From Planctomycetota bacterium (GTDB lineage: Bacteria; Planctomycetota; UBA1135): a stretch of 64,000 nucleotides of DNA. Positions 57,885 through 64,000 of the stretch are shown here, in pieces. The stretch covers positions 64,001 through 128,000 of the forward strand of contig JASFYO010000003.1 of the NCBI GenBank assembly GCA_045047305.1. Direction: 5' to 3'. The stretch's first letter is position 1, and each line of letters starts with the position of its first letter. The notes beneath the pieces were generated by a model. That model ran no database searches. It saw nothing but the letters and a program-made list of their open reading frames with translations, and was not told where the DNA came from. The position numbers were made by a program, and so were the translations under genes.

Positions 57885-59086
57885 GCGCGCCTGCTTTGCA
57901 AGAAACCGGTTTGAGAGAAACGTCGGTCCGAGTGGAACCATCGTTTTGTGGCAGGGTCAAGGATGTCGAGGCGTTGGCGTCTGCTGTCGCGAAGATTGCC
58001 TCCGCCCGCACTGATTTGAATGCGGAAAGCCTTACGGCTGCGCATTCCGGTCGGTGAGAGGGGGTTGGCCGTTTGCGCTACTCCCTTGTCTTTTGGGAAT
58101 TCGATTTCGGCAAGTTTGGTGAGTACACCAAATAGTCCAGAGCGGCCACGTTGTTCTTCAAGGAAGAATGCATTTTGGACGTCGGTGCAAACCACCTCGA
58201 CTCGATAGTTGCGGCGCAGAAAAAAGTCGGCAAGACTTGCGGTCAAACAAATGGACTGCTCAAAAAGAAATTTATCTGAGCGTTGACGCGCCGTAGTCGG
58301 AAGCGGGGGGATTAGCTCTAATCGAATGCTGGGTTTACGGACTCCATGCAGTTCCTTGAGCATGAGGCCATTGCGGCGTGCCGTGCTTTTCCAGTGCACA
58401 TTGCGCTGGCTCATGCCGGGGCGCCACCGTTTGAGAGTATGAAACTCCTCGGCGTCTTGGAAGCGGCCAGTGTTAGCAACCAAGGTTTCGCGTTCGGGTG
58501 GAATTAAACTTAGTGGATCACGCAAGGCTCCAAGACGTGGCAGTGCCAAGAAATCGGCGGGCAGTTCCCATGCAGAAGTCCACCGAATCAAGCCGAATGG
58601 AAAGGTCGAGGCCAAGCGTAAACCATGTGTACTGAAGCGACCTCGCTTGGGCAGGCGTAAGTCGCCCTCCATCCATTGCGATGTACCCGGAGCAATGCTC
58701 GCTCGATAAGCAAATAGGCCACGGCGATGAAAATCACTGCCGTGGTAAACCAATATGTCGTGGGCAGTAAAGCGACTGCCAGTGTGGTGCAAGCCAAACC
58801 GAATCGATAATTTTTCCCATGCAAACCCGGTTGCGGGTTCTAGGCCGGTAGGCGCAAGCGAAAGCAGGGAAACCCGTCCGTAAAACCAACTGCTTAAAAA
58901 CAGCAATAGGAGTAAACTGGAAAACCCAAGGAAAATAGGAGTTGGGCTAAACCCTTGGAGGGCGATGTAAGCGAAGCCTAGGGCTCCACTGACCCACAAA
59001 AGTGATTTTGCCAGCGGAGTCAGGCGCCAACGAACACCAAGGCATCGGCCACTTTCATTTTGCGGATTCGCGGCCGCTTGCTTCAT
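57881..59086 (-). CDS. DUF58 domain protein
   Basis: RGRF, FPFGL, EFHTLKRWRPG...VHWKSTAR...LMLKE. Confidence 0.88.
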   Translation of the reverse strand: MKQAAANPQNESGRCLGVRWRLTPLAKSLLWVSGALGFAYIALQGFSPTPIFLGFSSLLLLLFLSSWFYGRVSLLSLAPTGLEPATGFAWEKLSIRFGLHHTGSRFTAHDILVYHGSDFHRRGLFAYRASIAPGTSQWMEGDLRLPKRGRFSTHGLRLASTFPFGLIRWTSAWELPADFLALPRLGALRDPLSLIPPERETLVANTGRFQDAEEFHTLKRWRPGMSQRNVHWKSTARRNGLMLKELHGVRKPSIRLELIPPLPTTARQRSDKFLFEQSICLTASLADFFLRRNYRVEVVCTDVQNAFFLEEQRGRSGLFGVLTKLAEIEFPKDKGVAQTANPLSPTGMRSRKAFRIQISAGGGNLRDSRRQRLDILDPATKRWFHSDRRFSQTGFLQSRRA

Positions 59087-60036
59087 TGTGGAACCGTGAC
59101 TTCGCTGAGGATGTTTTCCAAAGCGCTGGCGGTGCCGTGCATGCCACCTTCATAAGCAGGTGATGGCAAAACCCGATGTGCAATGCAAGGAATGAATAGC
59201 TCCTTGATATCGTCTGGGGTGACGAAATCACGATTGTGAATCAAAGCGTTGGCTTGGGTAGCACGGTGCAGGCCTAAAGCAGCACGCGTGGATGCCCCAA
59301 GAGCAAGGTGTGGATGGCGTCGGGTTTGCTCAATCAAATCAAGCAGGTAGTCAAGGAGGTCATCGTCGTAATGCACTTCTGCAACAGCCTGGATAAGCTG
59401 ATTGAGTTCTGCGCTAGTCATGCAAGCTTGCACCGCATCCACCGGATCCTTGAGTCCGCGGCCTTGTAGAAGCTCTTTTGCGATGTCTCGTTCGGGATGG
59501 CCCAAGCTCAAGCGCAACATAAAACGATCTAACTGCGATTCCGGCAACGGGTAGGTACCTTCAAACTCCATCGGGTTTTGCGTGGCAATTACGAAGAAGG
59601 GTTGGGGTAATTCATGGCGTTCGCCGTCGACAGAAATCGACTGCTCACTCATGGCTTCTAGCAATGCTGATTGTGTGCGTGGGGATGTACGGTTGAGTTC
59701 ATCGGCCAGCAGTATGCTGTGAAATACGGGGCCACGCGTGAAACGAAAAGTGCTTTCTTGGTTGTCCCAAATACTGACACCAAGCACATCACTAGGCAGC
59801 AAGTCGGAAGTGAATTGAATGCGTTGAAAATCCAATCCTAGCGCCCGTGCCAAGGCTCTGGCCAAAGTGGTCTTTCCGGTGCCAGGGACGTCTTCCAGTA
59901 AAACATGACCGCGAGCTAGGAGTCCAACCAGGCACAGGCGGATGGCATCCTCTTTGCCGCGTATGGCGAGTCCTACTGTGGCCACTAAATCATCAAGCCG
60001 CTGCAAAGGCAGGCGGTGTTGCAAACTGTTTGTCAT
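59083..60036 (-). CDS. moxR: MoxR family AAA+ ATPase
   Basis: LLEDVPGTGKT, RIQFTSDLLPSD, LADELNR, ATQNP.E.EGTYPLPESQLDRF. Confidence 0.95.
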   Translation of the reverse strand: MTNSLQHRLPLQRLDDLVATVGLAIRGKEDAIRLCLVGLLARGHVLLEDVPGTGKTTLARALARALGLDFQRIQFTSDLLPSDVLGVSIWDNQESTFRFTRGPVFHSILLADELNRTSPRTQSALLEAMSEQSISVDGERHELPQPFFVIATQNPMEFEGTYPLPESQLDRFMLRLSLGHPERDIAKELLQGRGLKDPVDAVQACMTSAELNQLIQAVAEVHYDDDLLDYLLDLIEQTRRHPHLALGASTRAALGLHRATQANALIHNRDFVTPDDIKELFIPCIAHRVLPSPAYEGGMHGTASALENILSEVTVPQ

Positions 60037-60396
60037 CTAGGGTGTTTGATCTTTGCGCTGTTGCATGAACTCATCCAAACTGCCATGGAAGGATTCGAGT
60101 TCTTTCGGGGTGTCGCTGGATTCCTTGCTAGAAGGTGGAATGTCCTGCGTTACTGAATCTGCGTCTTGCGTTGGTTGAAAAGGGTAGCCAAATGGGGATT
60201 TAGGCATGCTTCTTTTTGGCCCGATGCCTAGCGCGCTTAGAAGCAAGAAAATGAGTCCAAGCGTCAGAGTGAAAAGCAGGATGAAAAAAGCGAAAACCAA
60301 AAAGGCTAGCGTCAGTACCAAACGGAGCAGACCACCCACGAATCCTGGCGCAGCCGCTGGTCCTGGCATGGTAGCGTGAAGGAAGGGACGTGGCAT
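60037..60396 (-). CDS. Small membrane hypothetical protein
   Basis: Long hydrophobic hairpin, in line with the moxR operon; TAATCT 5 nt upstream of ATG. Confidence 0.65.
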   Translation of the reverse strand: MPRPFLHATMPGPAAAPGFVGGLLRLVLTLAFLVFAFFILLFTLTLGLIFLLLSALGIGPKRSMPKSPFGYPFQPTQDADSVTQDIPPSSKESSDTPKELESFHGSLDEFMQQRKDQTP

Positions 60397-60506
60397 GCCC
60401 TAGATTACGCACAATCCAAGCTCATGGCAGGCTATCTTCGGCACTTCTAAGGGTTCTTTTCTGCTAGCATAGCCACGGAATCATCCAGCCTTTTTTGGAG
60501 TTCACA

Positions 60507-61556
60507 ATGAATGCAATTACACATCTTTTAGCTGGTGCCGCTTTAACGCTAGTCGTTTCTAGCCCGGCAACAGCGCAAGTCTCTGGTACCATGCCAAGCT
60601 TTGAAGGCGCTACCTGGTACAACACACCAGCACTCTCGATGGAGGATATGGAAGGCCGGGCCGTGATGGTCGAGGTTTTCCGTACTTGGTGAGGCCCTTG
60701 TAAGAGCCAGATCCCGCACCTGAACTCCGAATGGGAGAAAGGGAATGCAAAGGGACTGGTTGTCATCAGCGTGACTGATGAACCTGCCGAACTGGTGGAG
60801 CAATGGATTGCCGATCTTGGCGTGACCCACCCCGTAGTCATCTTGCCGGACAAAGCTCTGGAGAATGTCATCGGAGTCGATGGTTTTCCAACGTCTGCTG
60901 TTTTCTTGAATAAGGAAATGGTGTGGAAAGGGTATCCCGGTGCTGCCGGACCAGAACTGGAAGCCGCGCATAAGGAAGGGCGTCAAGATAGCGTCTACCC
61001 CAAGAAACTGAGCAAGGTAGTCAAGTTTTGGAATAAGGGCGACAAGGTGAAAGCTTTGCTGGACCTTTACAAAACGATGCCGAAATTGGAAGGCAACGAT
61101 TTAGCTTGGGCTGGTCGTATGGACACTTTTATGAAAAATGAAAGTGCCAAGGCCTTCGAAGCTTCTGCCAAGGCCTTCGAAGCAGGATTTTGGTTCCAGG
61201 GTGTACAACTCGCGCAGCCTTATCTGGGTAAAGGTTCGGAGTATCCTCGTGTCGCTGAAACCGTGAGCCACCTAGAAATGATGAAAGGGAGGCCAGGTTA
61301 CGCCAAGGAAATCAAAGGCGGGTATCTGTACCAGCAGGCTAAGGCTCTGTCGGCCGCGGGTGAATACCTCGATGCCTTCAAGACTTACAAGAAGGTCATG
61401 AAGAAGTCTTCCGATACTGCGATTGCCGGCCATGCTGAGACAGCTGCAAGGGAGCTCATGGATGGATATAAGCCTGGGTACAAGTCCACTTGTCCAAACT
61501 GTGATCATAAAACCGATGCTGCCTGTGCGAAGCATCGGGAGAAAGTGAAAATCTAG
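60507..61556 (+). CDS. Exported TlpA/thioredoxin-like protein with in-frame TGA (Sec) in a W-U-G-P-C motif, helical domain and C-terminal Cys/His cluster
   Basis: Track ORFs 60495-60692 and 60771-61556 are one frame: GRAVMVEVFRTW-TGA(60690)-GPCKSQIPHLN...GLVVISVTDE...GVDGFPT; signal ATA|Q; GGAG RBS. Confidence 0.88.
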
Positions 61557-61654
61557 ACCTTGCACTTTCACTTGTTGTCGGTCTGTTACTTCCTGGCATG
61601 CGCGAAAGTGGTGCTAGGGGGTAACGATGTCATGGCCACTGCTCCAAACTGAAA

Positions 61655-62650
61655 ATGAGTAGCCGCAGTCCCCTGGCTTTGGATGTGCGTAGCCTGGAGC
61701 AGCCTTTTTCTTCTTATGCGCGCGTGATTCGATTGATGCGGGCAGCTTTAGAAACGGTGGCGCTACCGCATGTGGAGTGGCACTCCGGTGCTTGCCATGC
61801 CGATGTCCTGTGGACCCCGGGTCCAACCATCCCCGAGGTCGCGGATGACCCACGCTTGCTCATTACCATCCAAGACATCAACCCGATGCTGCCCGATGGA
61901 CGGCCATGGTTCGCTCGTGCGCGTCGCACCCGTCGTTATCGTCGCTTAGTGCAGGGCATCGATCAGGTAGCTTGGCGTATCTCGGTTCCATCCGCTGCAA
62001 CCGAATCCAAACTGAGGGAGCACTTTCCCAAGCTCCAATCTCCACTCGTTTCTATTCCGTGGTTTGCGTCGTCAGAATTTGGTTTGCATGGGGAGCCTGG
62101 TAGCGACAATTTGCCCGAACCTGGCTACCTTCTCTATGTTGGTGCACTGCGCCCGCATAAAAACTGGCCGCTGGTATTGCGTGCCTATGCCGGCTTGTCG
62201 GAAGAGCTCCAAAAGCAACACCCATTGGTGATGGTCGGGCGTGGGCATCGTTCCGGACGCGAGGCCAAGGCACTTGCCGAACGCTTGGGCATCAGCGCAA
62301 GAGTGCGTTGGATGGAAGGTCTCGCCGATGAAGATTTACCGGCGCTTTATGGTGGCGCTGCACTCTTCCTCTTCCCATCCCTGCTGGAAGGATTTGGACT
62401 GCCGCCATTGGAAGCCCAAGCATGCGGAACTCCAGTGCTTGCCGCGGCAACATCCTCGCTCCCTGAGGTCCTTGGCACCTCCACGCGTCTGCTCGACCCA
62501 AACGCAGTGGATGCTTGGACTGCAGCAGCCACAGTACTGCTCCAAGATTCAAGCCTACGCGAGGCCGCGCGTAGCGCAGGCATCGCCAATGTCCAACGGT
62601 TCTCAGCGCAAGTCACTGGCGAGGCCTTAATCGCAGCGCTCGAGTCCTAA
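61655..62650 (+). CDS. Glycosyltransferase family 4
   Basis: YLLYVGALRPHKN, FPSLLEGFGLPPLEAQACGTPV, SLPEV. Confidence 0.9.
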   Translation: MSSRSPLALDVRSLEQPFSSYARVIRLMRAALETVALPHVEWHSGACHADVLWTPGPTIPEVADDPRLLITIQDINPMLPDGRPWFARARRTRRYRRLVQGIDQVAWRISVPSAATESKLREHFPKLQSPLVSIPWFASSEFGLHGEPGSDNLPEPGYLLYVGALRPHKNWPLVLRAYAGLSEELQKQHPLVMVGRGHRSGREAKALAERLGISARVRWMEGLADEDLPALYGGAALFLFPSLLEGFGLPPLEAQACGTPVLAAATSSLPEVLGTSTRLLDPNAVDAWTAAATVLLQDSSLREAARSAGIANVQRFSAQVTGEALIAALES

Positions 62651-63999
62651 AGGCTCAGCTTGCGGTACTTGCCCGCCTGCGAGTCGGCACTCTTGCCTTC
62701 TGCTTCCATGCGCTCGACAAACCATTCTGCGTACTCGGTGTAGTTGCCGTAGAAGAACTCGACATCGCCTTTGCCCTCGAAGGCGAGGATGTGCGTGCAA
62801 ATGCGGTCGAGGAAATAACGGTCGTGAGACACAATCAGCATACAACCGGCATAGTGCTCAATCGCCTCCTCTAACACTCGCGTGGTGGGGAGGTCCAAGT
62901 CATTGGTCGGCTCGTCGAGGATAATCAGGTTACCGCCGACGCGCAGCATCTTCGCCAGCTGCACACGGTTGCGCTGACCACCAGAAAGCGTGCCAACCTT
63001 TTGTTCTTGGTCGGTGCCCTTAAAGTTAAACCGCGAAACATAAGCGCGCGATTGAATTTCACCGCTGCCGAAGGGGAGGAACTCTAAGCCGTCGGTAATT
63101 TCTTCGAACACGGAGTTCTGATCGCTTAATTCCGCACGACGTTGGTCGACGAAACAAGCTTCGATGGTGGAGCCGAACTTGACGCTACCGGCATCTGGCT
63201 GTTCTTCGCCAATGATCATCTTCATTAACGTAGTCTTGCCGGCACCGTTGGGCCCAATGACCCCAATGATGGCTCCTGGAGGCATTTCAAAGGTCAGATC
63301 CTTAATCAAGATCTGATCGCCGTAAGCCTTCTTCACGTGGACCAGGTCGATCACCTTATTTCCCAAGCGCGGGCCGGTCGGAATCACCAAATCAATGCTG
63401 TCCGGCTTCAAGTCCTTTTGGCTTTCGACCAACTGGTCATAGCGGTTGATGCGTGCCTTGTTCTTATTACCACGGGCCTTGGAGTTTTGGCGTACCCAGT
63501 TGAGCTCGGCTTTCAAACGCTTCTTGCGCTTTTCCTGCTGCCGTCCGCTAATCTCCAGCTCCTTCTCCTTCGCTTCCAAGAAGTTGGTGTAGTTACCCTT
63601 GTAGGGACGACAACTTCCGCGCTCCACTTCGAGCATCCATTCGACCACGTTATCCAAGAAGTACCGGTCGTGGGTGATCACGATTACCAAGCCTGCGTAA
63701 TCTGCGAGGTGCCGCTCGAGCCATGCCGTAGTCGCTGCATCTAAGTGGTTGGTTGGCTCGTCTAAAAGGAGAATGTCTGGAGTTTCAATCAGAGTTTTAC
63801 ACAAGGCCACGCGCCGTGCTTCCCCACCACTCAAAACACCACATGCCCGGTCCATCGGAGGCAGGTCTAGTGCAGCGGCAGCTTTCTCTAGTAAGCGGTC
63901 GACTTCCCACATGTTGTTGGCATCGATCTCGGACTGCAGGTGGTCGAATTCATCGGATAACTTTTGCAGTTGGTCGCCAGTGGCATCGCCCATCAGGAC
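62647..63999 (-). CDS. ettA: ABC-F energy-dependent translational throttle protein, 5'-partial
   Basis: LSGGEARRVALC, LLDEPTNHLD, THDRYFLDNV, ELNWVRQ..KAR..KNKARI, IPTGPRLG, GPNGAGKTT, LSGGQRNR. Confidence 0.9.
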   Translation of the reverse strand, partial: VLMGDATGDQLQKLSDEFDHLQSEIDANNMWEVDRLLEKAAAALDLPPMDRACGVLSGGEARRVALCKTLIETPDILLLDEPTNHLDAATTAWLERHLADYAGLVIVITHDRYFLDNVVEWMLEVERGSCRPYKGNYTNFLEAKEKELEISGRQQEKRKKRLKAELNWVRQNSKARGNKNKARINRYDQLVESQKDLKPDSIDLVIPTGPRLGNKVIDLVHVKKAYGDQILIKDLTFEMPPGAIIGVIGPNGAGKTTLMKMIIGEEQPDAGSVKFGSTIEACFVDQRRAELSDQNSVFEEITDGLEFLPFGSGEIQSRAYVSRFNFKGTDQEQKVGTLSGGQRNRVQLAKMLRVGGNLIILDEPTNDLDLPTTRVLEEAIEHYAGCMLIVSHDRYFLDRICTHILAFEGKGDVEFFYGNYTEYAEWFVERMEAEGKSADSQAGKYRKLSL

Positions 64000-64000
64000 A

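Noticed and set aside
61145..61183. 18 bp direct repeat TGCCAAGGCCTTCGAAGC x2 with 21 nt period (SAKAFEA twice)
   Set aside because: Only two in-frame copies within a helix; a local duplication, not a CRISPR or VNTR
1..64000. Genome-wide UGA reassignment (to Trp or Gly)
   Set aside because: TGA ends many genes at their expected lengths (835, 1776, 3600, 6246, 20651), often in ATGA overlaps, and TGG is used for Trp. Read-through is needed only at two catalytic Cys positions.
1..64000. CRISPR arrays, IS elements, prophage, rRNA
   Set aside because: No regularly spaced repeats, transposase, phage structural genes or rRNA-like sequence were recognised

Overview
64 kb of moderately GC-rich, mostly core bacterial chromosome, most likely from an uncultured Planctomycetota lineage (inferred from the RpoD region-4 sequence [32 protein letters not shown], tandem CNNM genes and an acidic HTH-TM protein; taxonomy is not proven). 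Core content: rsmA-dnaG-rpoD-zinc ribbon gene, pabB/pabC-like genes, xseA-xseB-ispA-dxs-nadK, tRNA-Glu(TTC), xerC, LPS kinase/GT4 genes, an HMG-CoA lyase and crotonase pair, a moxR-DUF58-transglutaminase operon and a partial ettA. Highlights the ORF track misses: (1) two exported thiol oxidoreductases with an in-frame TGA exactly at the catalytic Cys, read here as selenoproteins (lipoprotein MsrA, GUFWG; TlpA-like WUGPC fused to a helical region and a Cys/His tail), possibly a selenium-based envelope redox relay; (2) a 5.3 kb AT-richer FG-GAP gene cassette flanked by a 137 bp direct repeat of the eboE 3' end, which also carries the -35 of the tRNA-Glu promoter; (3) a catalytic plus pseudo-catalytic glutamate dehydrogenase pair; (4) a BoxR-regulated aerobic benzoyl-CoA (boxCB + ALDH) cluster with operators but no boxA in the window; (5) recurrent leaderless and bidirectional promoters; (6) a Gln(+1) rule and a shared C-terminal domain in secreted proteins; (7) an aqpZ pseudogene relic. 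All family assignments come from motif recognition by eye, not from database searches.
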